Positions 29,858 through 39,196 of a DNA stretch of 64,000 nucleotides are shown here, piece by piece. This DNA comes from Candidatus Woesearchaeota archaeon (lineage in GTDB: Archaea > Nanobdellota > Nanobdellia > Woesearchaeales > UBA11576), in contig JABJCP010000013.1 of assembly GCA_018668595.1 (NCBI GenBank), positions 64,116 to 128,115 on the forward strand, written 5' to 3'. The stretch's first letter is position 1, and every line of letters begins with the position of its first letter. The position numbers and the translations under genes were made by a program. The notes below the pieces were generated by a model that saw only the letters and a program-made list of their open reading frames with translations, had not been told where the DNA came from and searched no databases.

Positions 29858-30571
29858 ATGAAACTAGTATTAAAAAAGAAACCAAAAAATTCAACAATAA
29901 TTGAGGGCTTTCCAGGATTTGGACTTGTTGGAACAATAACTACAGAATATTTAATCAATGTTCTAAAAGCAGAACTTATTGGATATGTACAAGCAGAAGA
30001 AGCTCCGCCGTTAGTTGCAATTCATGAAGGAAATTTAGTCCAACCAATAGGAATTTATTATGCTGCAAAACAAAATCTAATAATTATGCACATCATGACC
30101 AACATAAAAGGAATTGAATGGGACATGGGACAAAAATTAATAGAAGCATACAAAACACTTGGTGCAAAAGAATTGATTTCAATAGAAGGTGTTGGAACTC
30201 CTACAGTATCTGAAGAAATAAATGCATATCACTATGCTAATCAAAAGAAAAATGCAGATAAATTTGCAAAATTAGGATTTACTAAACTGAAGGAAGGAAT
30301 AATACTAGGAGTTAGTGCAACATTACTTTTACAAACAGAAGCTAAGATTGCACTTAGTTGTATCTTTGTAGAAACCCACTCCAACTTGCCAGATAGTAAA
30401 GCTGCTGCAAAATCAATTGAAGTACTAGATAAGTATCTTGGTCTCAAAATTGACTATCAACCACTACTTGAACAAGCAAAGCAATTTGAAGAGAAAATAA
30501 AAGGATTGATGGAAAAGAGCGCAGTAGCACAAGACGATAGTGATAAGAAGAATTTAAGTTATCTGGGTTAA
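29858..30571 (+). CDS. PAC2-family protein (proteasome assembly chaperone-like)
   Basis: Has the N-terminal IEGFPGFGLVGTIT...YLI block typical of the archaeal PAC2/COG1938 family. GAGGTGA lies 4 nt upstream. Confidence 0.5.
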   Translation: MKLVLKKKPKNSTIIEGFPGFGLVGTITTEYLINVLKAELIGYVQAEEAPPLVAIHEGNLVQPIGIYYAAKQNLIIMHIMTNIKGIEWDMGQKLIEAYKTLGAKELISIEGVGTPTVSEEINAYHYANQKKNADKFAKLGFTKLKEGIILGVSATLLLQTEAKIALSCIFVETHSNLPDSKAAAKSIEVLDKYLGLKIDYQPLLEQAKQFEEKIKGLMEKSAVAQDDSDKKNLSYLG

Positions 30572-30757
30572 ATAAAATATTTTATTATTTTTTTTCTTAA
30601 TTTATTTGTTTTTATTCAGTCTATTTATTTACTATTTTTTAGTTGTGAATTATAGAAACCTTTATATAGAACTATATGCTAACTAACTATCAATATATCG
30701 AGGTAACCAAAAATAGAGGTGATACCTTAAATTCAAACCTAACGGGGGTATCCAACA

Positions 30758-30955
30758 ATGTTTTCAAATGAAATTAAAATAAAAAAAGCATTTAAACGTG
30801 CAAAGCAAGAAATGCTAGGTCTTAAAGACTCTTTAAATGAATGGGTTTTGTTTCTTAATTCGAATCAAAGAGAAATGAAGCGTAAAATGATTGAAATGGA
30901 AAAAAGACTTGCGCGACTAGAATCAGAAAAATTCGAAGAACTAAAAAAGTTTTAA
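30758..30955 (+). CDS. small coiled-coil protein (65 aa)
   Basis: ORF with heptad-like charged sequence. Confidence 0.25.
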   Translation: MFSNEIKIKKAFKRAKQEMLGLKDSLNEWVLFLNSNQREMKRKMIEMEKRLARLESEKFEELKKF

Positions 30956-31052
30956 GTTTTGGATTGATCTTTGAAATTTTTAAATTTTTTAAAATTTATT
31001 TCTTGAATTTTATTTAATCCAATCTTTATTTGATTTTAAATTTTATTTAACC

Positions 31053-31829
31053 TTAACTTATATTTTTAATTATTCCCCTATAATCAATATCATCTACCTT
31101 TTCGAAAATAGAATCTAGATTTTCACCAGTGTAATCAAACTCAATTTTTTCTCTTAATGATTTTTTTGTATTGAATTCTTTTCTATATTTATCTAATTTA
31201 GGTTGTAATTTTTTTGATTTATTCTTACATATTTTAGGATAAAGCATACTTGCACCAAATGCTACACCCACTGCAGGCATAGCTGCAATTAACATACCAA
31301 GCATAGAATCCCTAATAGCAGGAGTATCTCCCGGCGCTAAAAACGGAGCTACAATCATTACTCCCCCCACTATTAATGCAGGCAAACCAACACTATAAAC
31401 ATTTACTTCACCAGCAGAGTTATATTTTTCAAATTTATAGTTTAATTTATTCACTTTTTTTTCTAAAGAATTAAGTTCAGAATCAGAAACATTTAATTTT
31501 TTATAAACTTGATTTAGAAATGCTTTATTGAATTCAACAGACTTTTTTTCACTAACAGCATATTCAAAAAAAGTAATATACTCATGCATTCTTTGATTTG
31601 ATGTTTTTGTTTTAACTTGTTTGAGTCGTTTTTTTGCATTCTGCTCTTTGAGTTCTTCCATGTCTTTTTCTGCTTGCGCTCTTAATTGCTTTAATTTTTC
31701 TTTATAATTTAAAGTAGAGAATTTAGATTCTGAAGAATCTGTTCTTAGAACGTCACTTAATTCACGAACTTTAATATCCCCTCTTAGTTCTTCTTCCCTT
31801 GATTTTGTTTTAGCATCCATTTTATTCAT
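31053..31829 (-). CDS. hypothetical membrane protein, tandem paralog 1 (coiled-coil N-domain, 2 TM, conserved C-terminal SIFEKVDDIDY)
   Basis: 258 aa. About 55-60% identical to the adjacent gene over its full length. Confidence 0.45.
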   Translation of the reverse strand: MNKMDAKTKSREEELRGDIKVRELSDVLRTDSSESKFSTLNYKEKLKQLRAQAEKDMEELKEQNAKKRLKQVKTKTSNQRMHEYITFFEYAVSEKKSVEFNKAFLNQVYKKLNVSDSELNSLEKKVNKLNYKFEKYNSAGEVNVYSVGLPALIVGGVMIVAPFLAPGDTPAIRDSMLGMLIAAMPAVGVAFGASMLYPKICKNKSKKLQPKLDKYRKEFNTKKSLREKIEFDYTGENLDSIFEKVDDIDYRGIIKNIS

Positions 31830-31890
31830 CTTAATTTAATTTTAATCCAATCTTTATTTAATTTGATTTAATTTTTTTAATTCAATTCTT

Positions 31891-32667
31891 TTAATTTAAT
31901 TCTTTAATTATTTTAGCATAATCAATATCATCTACTTTTTCGAAAATAGATTCTAGGTCTCCTGATTCATAACTTTTTTGAACAGACTCTCTTAATTTCA
32001 ACTTATCTTTATGGTTTGTTTTATACCTGCTATATTTAGGAATTAATTTTCTAACTTTATTTTTACAAATTCTTGGATATAAATTACCTGCGGCAATTCC
32101 CACACCTGCACCAGGTACAAGCCCTAACAACATACCACCTAGAATTTGTTTTCCTAATTCAGATATTTCTGGAGCTAAAAATGCACTTACAACCATAGCA
32201 CCCCCCAGAATAATAGATGGCAAACCAATACTAAATAAATTAACTCCATCTACTGCTTCATATTTTTTAATTTTATAATCTAACTTACTAACTTGTTTGT
32301 CCAATACTTGCAATTCAGAATCAGAAACATTTAATTTTTCATAAATTTGTTCTATAAATAAATCATTGAATTCAACAGATTTTTTTTCGCCAACAGCATA
32401 TTCAAAATAAGTCGCATATTCATGCATTCTTTGATTTGTCGATTTTGTTTTAATACTTTCAATTCTCTTTTGTGCATTTTGATCTTTGAGTTCTTGCATA
32501 TCTCTTTGTGCTTGCTCTCTTAATCGATTTATTCTTTCTTTTGGATCAACAATAGAATCTAACTTAGAACTTTGATCTAAAACGTCACTTAATTCACGAA
32601 CTTTTGTATCTTCTTGTGATCTGATTTTAGATTTTGATTTATCATCTGATTTTACTAAATTACCCAT
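31891..32667 (-). CDS. hypothetical membrane protein, tandem paralog 2
   Basis: 258 aa. Same architecture as the gene at 31053..31829, and the duplicated 3' flank (aatccaatctttattt) is also shared. Confidence 0.45.
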   Translation of the reverse strand: MGNLVKSDDKSKSKIRSQEDTKVRELSDVLDQSSKLDSIVDPKERINRLREQAQRDMQELKDQNAQKRIESIKTKSTNQRMHEYATYFEYAVGEKKSVEFNDLFIEQIYEKLNVSDSELQVLDKQVSKLDYKIKKYEAVDGVNLFSIGLPSIILGGAMVVSAFLAPEISELGKQILGGMLLGLVPGAGVGIAAGNLYPRICKNKVRKLIPKYSRYKTNHKDKLKLRESVQKSYESGDLESIFEKVDDIDYAKIIKELN

Positions 32668-32831
32668 AATTACTCGCCCCGTATTAGATTAATAATAACG
32701 CCCCTTTAATATTTAACATATTATTAATATAGTTTAGATATAGTAATATATAAAGTTTTTTGTTTTTTTAGTACTGAAGAGTGGTTAAAAAACCGAAAGG
32801 TTTATAAAGGGATGTTGTAACTAACAATACA

Positions 32832-33182
32832 ATGAGCCTCAATAATTTTTACGCGAACTTTCCAGAAGGATGGTATAGGCAAACAGAACCTATAAATTAT
32901 GCCAAAGTTATTTCTGGAAAAGCAAAACTTATGTCCGATATTGATTCGCTGATTGAAGAAACTGGTTTTGATGCTGATGGATTCTCAGAATTTGTTAATC
33001 AATGGCAAGAAGCACATAGTCAAATGGTTAACGAAATTTTTCATCAAAAAAAATCAGAGGACGAATTAAGCGATGTTGCAAAAAGTGCAGATGTTATGAA
33101 CGTAAAAAGAGATGAAATGATCAAACCAATATATGATCTGTTGATTAAGAAAGGATATGATCCAGAATATTTAGAGAAATAA
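32832..33182 (+). CDS. hypothetical protein (116 aa)
   Basis: ORF only. Confidence 0.3.
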   Translation: MSLNNFYANFPEGWYRQTEPINYAKVISGKAKLMSDIDSLIEETGFDADGFSEFVNQWQEAHSQMVNEIFHQKKSEDELSDVAKSADVMNVKRDEMIKPIYDLLIKKGYDPEYLEK

Positions 33183-33231
33183 ACAATAATAATATAATAA
33201 TTAAATAAAAAAATAAATCTAAACAGGACAT

Positions 33232-33660
33232 TCATAACGCAACATACTTCTCAACAAGTCTAAAACAAGATCCTACTGCCACTGCAATGAATATTGAAAT
33301 TATTAATCTGTTGAGAAAGAATTCTAAACCAAAGTAACCTGTCTCGAGGAAGAATCGTCCAGGACCAATTAAAGTTTGAGCTGTTATAAACGCGACAATA
33401 AGACTAGGAGCAAGACCTTTGTTTTTTAGAACTGTTAAAATGGGAATAAATGCCATTAATGGTCCAGGAGTTGCAATGCCTAAAGCAGATGCTTTGAAAA
33501 TATTTTTTTCATTCTCTTTGAAATGCCCTTCAATATGATTCTTCTTAGTATAATAATTAAGAACTTGAGATACAAAAACAGCAACTAATAAAATTGGAAG
33601 TATTTTAAGAAACGAAATCAATGTTTTAGCCAAGATTTGAATAATAACTTCAGAGGTCAC
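33232..33660 (-). CDS. half-size permease subunit (COG0701/DUF318-like repeat unit)
   Basis: 145 aa with 4 TM helices. Paralogous to the adjacent gene and overlaps it by 4 nt (ATGA). Full-length members of this family are internal two-repeat proteins. Confidence 0.4.
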   Translation of the reverse strand: MTSEVIIQILAKTLISFLKILPILLVAVFVSQVLNYYTKKNHIEGHFKENEKNIFKASALGIATPGPLMAFIPILTVLKNKGLAPSLIVAFITAQTLIGPGRFFLETGYFGLEFFLNRLIISIFIAVAVGSCFRLVEKYVAL

Positions 33661-34094
33661 ATTAATACCTCCATTAAAAATCCACCAATGATAATAAATA
33701 TTGTTGTGATAAAAAATCTAGCAGTGAAAAACTTCCACCCCAAATATTTTATTTCCATAAAATCTCTGATGATTGATTCGCCAATAACCTCTCCTGCGAT
33801 AAGCGCAAAGACAACACCAACACCCGCACCTTTGAGAAATAATGCAAATGCAATAGGATATGTTGCATACCTCGGAATTGGAAGAAGTATTCCTATGATT
33901 GCTGCTAAAGGAATCGCAATAAATAAGTTTTTTCCCAGGAGAAACTCGACTGAAGAACTTGGAACATACATTTCAATAAGTACTCCAAGCAAAACTGCAA
34001 TGAAAAAAATAGGTAGAAGTATTTTAAGACTTTTTAGTGAATTTATTGCTATTGGTTTTAAGTGTTTAAGTTCAAATTGTTTTAGATTTAACAT
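33657..34094 (-). CDS. half-size permease subunit (COG0701/DUF318-like repeat unit)
   Basis: 145 aa with 4 TM helices. Upstream partner of the 33232 gene. Confidence 0.4.
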   Translation of the reverse strand: MLNLKQFELKHLKPIAINSLKSLKILLPIFFIAVLLGVLIEMYVPSSSVEFLLGKNLFIAIPLAAIIGILLPIPRYATYPIAFALFLKGAGVGVVFALIAGEVIGESIIRDFMEIKYLGWKFFTARFFITTIFIIIGGFLMEVLM

Positions 34095-34139
34095 ATTATT
34101 ATCTCAAATGTTTTTTATAAAAAAATAAATTTCTTTGGT

Positions 34140-34316
34140 ATTACTGCGGCAGCTTATGAAATTCTATGAATTTCATATTTCGAAAAACACCTTGCATAAA
34201 TCAGGTGTTTTTCTGCTATAAATCATTGACTCGCTTTGCTCGTCAATGATATAATCGAGCTACGCTCGAATAAATTGAACACTTATGTGTTCAAATAATG
34301 TGCCAAGGCAGTAATG
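34140..34316 (+). repeat. copy B of the roughly 178-bp TIR-bounded structured element (MITE-like)
   Basis: Runs from attactgcggcag to gccaaggcagtaatg and carries the same hairpins as the other copies. The middle stem here is tcattgac/gtcaatga. Confidence 0.8.
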
Positions 34317-34324
34317 CTTATTGT

Positions 34325-35767
34325 TTAGATGCATTTATTCTTACCTTTGTTTCCGATTAATTCACCAACTCGGTGAATCTCAATAAGATTTGTTCGTTTT
34401 CTTACATTCAATGGATGTGCTGCAGTGATAATTACCCTATCTGATTTTTTTATTAATTTATTTTTATATGCGCAAAGTGTAGACCAGTAAATTAAATCTC
34501 TCGTCGTAGTTATTTTATGTTCTCTACCTTTATTTATGTCAACCGGCTGAGCCCCCCAAACAAGAGCAAGCTGTCTTGTTGTTTTTTCATCAGGAGTCAT
34601 TGCAACAATATCTGCTTCTGGACGAAATTTAGAGATAAGAGATGCACTATAACCACTGTAAGTGCAAACAAGAATTTTATTGATTGGAGTAATTTGAGTA
34701 ATATCATAAACTGCTTTTGCAATAGCATCATTAGTTGAGGTGAGTTTCTGATTATGATCCAAATCTAAATTAAGTTCAACTTTTTTTGATATTCTAGTCA
34801 TCATTTTAACTGCAGCAATAGGATACTTACCAATAGCAGTTTCTCCACTAAGCATAATTGCATCAGTACCATCGAGAATTGCGTTTGCAACATCACTTGC
34901 TTCTGCCCGCGTTGGACGATTATTCTCAGTCATAGACTCAAGCATTTGAGTTGCTGTGATAACTGGTTTTCCAATCTCATTGCATTTTTCAATAATATGT
35001 TTTTGGATAAGAGGGACGTCTTCTGGCGGAAGTTCAACACCCATATCTCCGCGCGCAACCATAATCCCATCAGCAACCTCTAAAATTTTATAAAAATTCT
35101 TTACAGCCTCTTCACACTCAATTTTTGCAATAATTTTGATATGAGGTTGTGACTTGATAAGTTGCTTAATCTTAAGAATATCATCTGCAGTTTTTACAAA
35201 AGACACTGCAATAAAATCAGCATGATTTCTCATAGCAAATCTCAAATCCATTTTATCTTTATCTGTTAAACTTGGAAGTACAACTTTTTGACCTGGAAGA
35301 TTAATACCTCTGTTATTTTTTAAAACTCCTCCACTTTTAACTTTACAAATAACATCACGGTTTAACACATGATCAACTTTTAATTCAATTGCACCGTCAT
35401 TGATCAGAACCACATGTCCTTTTTTTGCCTGCTTTGGAAATCGCTTATAAGAAATATTAACCTGAGTGGAATCGCCAATGATTGGACGAGTAGTTAAAAT
35501 AAATGATTGACCTGTCTTAAGAATTGTTTTTTCTTTTACTAGCCCTGTACGAATCTCAGGACCTTTAGTATCAAACATTATTCCAATAGTATTAGAAACT
35601 TGTTTAATATTTTTTATCATGCGCGCATACTGAATATAATTACCATGAGAGCAATTAATTCTTGCAACAGACAAACCTGCTTCATAAAGTTTTTTTAGTT
35701 TAGAATAAGACTCTGTAGCAGGTCCAATAGTACAAACAATTTTAGTTTTAGCTTTAGCAATAGTAAT
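34325..35767 (-). CDS. pyk: pyruvate kinase; CDS extended upstream of the ORF-track TTG to an in-frame ATT
   Basis: The extension encodes TKIVCTIGPATES...AGLSVARINCSHG, the canonical pyruvate kinase N-terminus. There is no ATG/GTG/TTG in this stretch. A GAGGTG Shine-Dalgarno motif lies 6 nt before the ATT. Confidence 0.85.
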   Translation of the reverse strand: MTIAKAKTKIVCTIGPATESYSKLKKLYEAGLSVARINCSHGNYIQYARMIKNIKQVSNTIGIMFDTKGPEIRTGLVKEKTILKTGQSFILTTRPIIGDSTQVNISYKRFPKQAKKGHVVLINDGAIELKVDHVLNRDVICKVKSGGVLKNNRGINLPGQKVVLPSLTDKDKMDLRFAMRNHADFIAVSFVKTADDILKIKQLIKSQPHIKIIAKIECEEAVKNFYKILEVADGIMVARGDMGVELPPEDVPLIQKHIIEKCNEIGKPVITATQMLESMTENNRPTRAEASDVANAILDGTDAIMLSGETAIGKYPIAAVKMMTRISKKVELNLDLDHNQKLTSTNDAIAKAVYDITQITPINKILVCTYSGYSASLISKFRPEADIVAMTPDEKTTRQLALVWGAQPVDINKGREHKITTTRDLIYWSTLCAYKNKLIKKSDRVIITAAHPLNVRKRTNLIEIHRVGELIGNKGKNKCI

Positions 35768-35773
35768 GATCTA

Positions 35774-35779
35774 CACCTC
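35774..35779 (-). promoter_or_regulatory. Shine-Dalgarno GAGGTG for pyk
   Basis: The reverse complement of cacctc. It is followed by TAG, ATC, then ATT. Confidence 0.5.
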
Positions 35780-35807
35780 TTTTTGATTATTGATTAATGA
35801 TCTAATG

Positions 35808-35891
35808 ATAACTTAACGACCATATGACGATAACTTAATGACCATATGACGATAACTTAATGATCCCATGTTGATAACTTAATGACAATCT
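35808..35891. repeat. tandem repeat, 22-bp unit gataacttaatgaccatatgac, about 3.8 copies, upstream of pyk
   Basis: Direct reading. Copies 3 and 4 are degenerate. Confidence 0.75.
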
Positions 35892-36061
35892 ATCTCTAAT
35901 ATAATGGTTTAAGATTAGTTAATTTAAATAGTTTTTGGAGAAAATGCAAAATAAAGCACGAGAAATTGAATAACTAAATAATCATACATGTGCAAATTAA
36001 AAAAAAAGTTAAAAAGAAATTAGAAAAAACATTTAAATTTAAAAAAAATCAAAGTGATTTT

Positions 36062-37228
36062 TTAAAACGTGTATTCTCTATTTTTTCGAATTCTTCTACC
36101 TACGCCCCAGAGTCCAAGACTTGTAAGTCCAATACCCACCAATAAACAAGCAGTAGCATTACCTTCTTTTTGCTGAAGATTTTTTAAATTATCTAATCCT
36201 TTTTCAATTTTAGGATCTTCAAGTAATGCGTTTTGTTCTTTTACTGCTTTTTCATACTCAGTTGTTGCTTTATTTCTATCCGCAGGAGTATAACCATAAG
36301 ATTGTTTACGTTCTAAAGAATCCACCTTTTTTTCCAGTCTTTGAGCTTCCATTACTTCTCGAGGAACATTACTTCTTAATTCCTCATTTTCATTTAACAT
36401 ATTTCCGCCTAAAGCCAAAATGCCAATACCTGCAAGAGTCGCTAATGTTGAAACAGTTGGAAATTTTGTATCAAAATCTCCACCATAATTCCCTCTTTTC
36501 CAAGAGCTATCTTTCCATGTTCCTTGAGGTGCTTTTTCAACACGCTGATAATTAGTAGGAGTAGTACTCATTGAAACGCCAGTCATAGGATTTGACGCGA
36601 CATTAGTTGAGCTTGGACCTGCATAATGTGTAACAGGCTTATAGTCTTTAAACAAATCGGGATTTATTGAAATTTTTTCAAGCATTTCAAAATATAATGC
36701 TAAAACTTCTTTTCTATTAGATGTAGTTATTTCATTGTCTAATGTTGCTTTTGCATCTTGTACATCTTTATAACAAAATTTTTGACTGGCTAGTTGTTCT
36801 GCCATTTCATTTGCTAAATCTTTAGAAAGTCCCGATTCCCAAGAAGTTCCAGGATAATGCATATATTTCATAGATAAATCTCTACCCGTTATTTCAATTA
36901 ATTCGATAACATCTTTAGGAACATATTTAGGAGGTTCTTCTTTTTCTACAACAGGTTCTGTTTTGTCTTTTCCTAACTTTTGTTTGTCACCGCCAAATGT
37001 AACCTTAACTTTTGATTCTAGAGGTTCTGATGGAGCAGGTTTAACTTCTGTTGCAAGTTTAACTTCAGTTATAGGTTCAACTATTCCTGGCTTTTTAGAA
37101 TAAACTGGTTTAGCACCTGACTCTTGAGTTTTAGTGGTGACAGGTTCTTGATTTTTAACAACTGGTTTTTCAGGAGTTTTTTCTTTTTCCGATTTATCAT
37201 CAACTTTTGTTTTTTTTCTTCCAAACAT
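36062..37228 (-). CDS. hypothetical protein, low-complexity K/E/P/T-rich N-terminal region plus a C-terminal TM anchor
   Basis: 388-aa ORF. Disorder-like composition with one C-terminal hydrophobic helix. Confidence 0.4.
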   Translation of the reverse strand: MFGRKKTKVDDKSEKEKTPEKPVVKNQEPVTTKTQESGAKPVYSKKPGIVEPITEVKLATEVKPAPSEPLESKVKVTFGGDKQKLGKDKTEPVVEKEEPPKYVPKDVIELIEITGRDLSMKYMHYPGTSWESGLSKDLANEMAEQLASQKFCYKDVQDAKATLDNEITTSNRKEVLALYFEMLEKISINPDLFKDYKPVTHYAGPSSTNVASNPMTGVSMSTTPTNYQRVEKAPQGTWKDSSWKRGNYGGDFDTKFPTVSTLATLAGIGILALGGNMLNENEELRSNVPREVMEAQRLEKKVDSLERKQSYGYTPADRNKATTEYEKAVKEQNALLEDPKIEKGLDNLKNLQQKEGNATACLLVGIGLTSLGLWGVGRRIRKNREYTF

Positions 37229-37695
37229 TTTTTATCGCCCTCAACACATATTTTATTATTTAATTTTGATACTATTCAATATTCCAAACTCTATTAAATT
37301 ATATGAATAATACTACTAGAGATTATTAAACATATACATTTAGATCTACTCAATAATCTAAAAGAACACTCTCTTTTTTAGCTAATTAGCCACGCCTTAG
37401 CTACATATTAACCACATATTAGCTATAAACTAATATAATTATAATAGGGAAAACATATAGTATTTATAAAGTTTTCTATTTGTATTTACTTTTTAGTAGT
37501 TAATTTGAATTATATCGAATAACTCTCAGGCCGCATTTAGCAGCATTTAAAGTAGTTGGCCTGCAAGTATTACAACTATGCAGTAATAAAAAATCGAAAG
37601 ATTTATAAATAGTGGTTGAATACCCACTAATACAAATACACAATAGTTACCAATAAATATTAAATTATGATCAAATTTGATCAAAGAGAAACAAA

Positions 37696-38232
37696 ATGGA
37701 ATTCAAAGGAAAACGACACAGAATTAATGTCCAAACAGAATGGGCAGTAACTGCAGATACTGTTCGTGAAACTGCAAAACTAGTTAAACAATTCTATTCA
37801 ACAATTTCTGAAGAAGAAACACTAGAAGATACATTAGCTGAAAGAATAAAAGCAGGACATTTAATACCTTCAAATAAAAAATTCCCTGTCGACTTAGTCA
37901 GTAAATTCGGTGAACCTCGAGAAGACGAAGATTTTAAAGCATACAAAACAAGAGTGCTAGAAGAATTTACAGAAAACAAACCAATGGCAAAAGGTTTAAT
38001 TGGGATGCTTTGGAATGGAACAGTTCCAACAACAACAACACTGCTTACAAAAGAAGGAGATATAACGGTGCATGTAAGAGCAAGTCCTGGCAAATGCGAA
38101 CTAGAAATTCTAGGTAGCGGAGAATATACAAATGCAGGAATAGACATGGCAGAAAAATTAGTACAGTATTTGAAAGATAAAGGTAGTGAACCAAAATATG
38201 ATGTTCAAGACAGAAATTATAGAGTAAGTTAA
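37696..38232 (+). CDS. hypothetical protein (178 aa)
   Basis: ORF only. A 465-bp divergent intergenic region lies upstream. Confidence 0.35.
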   Translation: MEFKGKRHRINVQTEWAVTADTVRETAKLVKQFYSTISEEETLEDTLAERIKAGHLIPSNKKFPVDLVSKFGEPREDEDFKAYKTRVLEEFTENKPMAKGLIGMLWNGTVPTTTTLLTKEGDITVHVRASPGKCELEILGSGEYTNAGIDMAEKLVQYLKDKGSEPKYDVQDRNYRVS

Positions 38233-38239
38233 TAAACAA

Positions 38240-39196
38240 TCAATTTTCACTTTTTTTTCTAAACTTTTCTTTTTCTAACTCACTAATAATAGACGGGATA
38301 ACTCTCCACATATCATCAAGAATAACATAATCTGCATTTTGCACTAATGGCGCATCAGGATTTTTATTAATTGCCACAATAACTCTACTAGTTTTTATAC
38401 CGTCAAGATGTTCCCTAGAACCATTCACACCACACCCAATATACAAAAGAGGATTAATTAATTTACCACTCGCGCCAATGTGTTTATTCTCGTCGGCAAG
38501 ACCCACCTCAACTGCAGTTTTTGTTGCGCCAGTCTCACCACCAATGTGTTCTGCTAACAAATCAATCATTTTAAAATTGCCAGGTTCTTTAACACCATAA
38601 CCGCCACAAACAACAATTTCTGCATTCTCCAAATTTTTCTTAGTAACAGAAGTTCTTTCTTTGACAACAGTTTTTAAAACAGAACCTAAATTTTCTGAAA
38701 ATTCAACAGGACAAGTTTTTCTTTTAAAAATTTTAATTTTTTGAGTGTTAGGAGAAATTGTCGCAACACTAATCAAAGAATTAAATTCAATTGTTGCAAG
38801 TAAATTACTAACTGTTTTTTTAGCTTGAATCATCCCTTCAATAAAATCCACAGAAACACAATTGAATGCTACTCCTGCACCAACTTTTCCTGCAACTCTT
38901 GCTGCCAAATCATTTCCTAACGATGTTGAAGAAAATAAAACAGTAGTTATATGTTCTTTAGAAACAAAATTTGAAATAATATTCGCATATTGTTCAGAAT
39001 TATTATCTGTCTCACAAATCACGACTTTTTGTGCACCAAGTGCTCCTAAAGACTCAGCATTAGAAATTGTTTCAAAAGATAAAACTATCAATCTACATTT
39101 AGTCTCCTCGACAATATTTCTACCTGCAGAGATTGCCTCTAAAGAAACCTTTTTAAGTTTATTATTCTCGGTTTGTGCAACAACTAAAACAGTCAT
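38240..39196 (-). CDS. etfA: electron transfer flavoprotein alpha subunit
   Basis: The C-terminal FAD-binding region IVVCGGYGV...HIGASGKLINPLLYIGCGVNGSREHLDGI...IVAINKNPDAPL matches the EtfA signature. Confidence 0.8.
   Translation of the reverse strand: MTVLVVAQTENNKLKKVSLEAISAGRNIVEETKCRLIVLSFETISNAESLGALGAQKVVICETDNNSEQYANIISNFVSKEHITTVLFSSTSLGNDLAARVAGKVGAGVAFNCVSVDFIEGMIQAKKTVSNLLATIEFNSLISVATISPNTQKIKIFKRKTCPVEFSENLGSVLKTVVKERTSVTKKNLENAEIVVCGGYGVKEPGNFKMIDLLAEHIGGETGATKTAVEVGLADENKHIGASGKLINPLLYIGCGVNGSREHLDGIKTSRVIVAINKNPDAPLVQNADYVILDDMWRVIPSIISELEKEKFRKKSEN

Noticed and set aside
29370-29958. Phe/Leu-rich minus-strand ORFs across the lysine-rich tail region
   Set aside because: They are the antisense translation of the AAG/AAA-rich repeats encoding the K-rich tail and are not independent genes.
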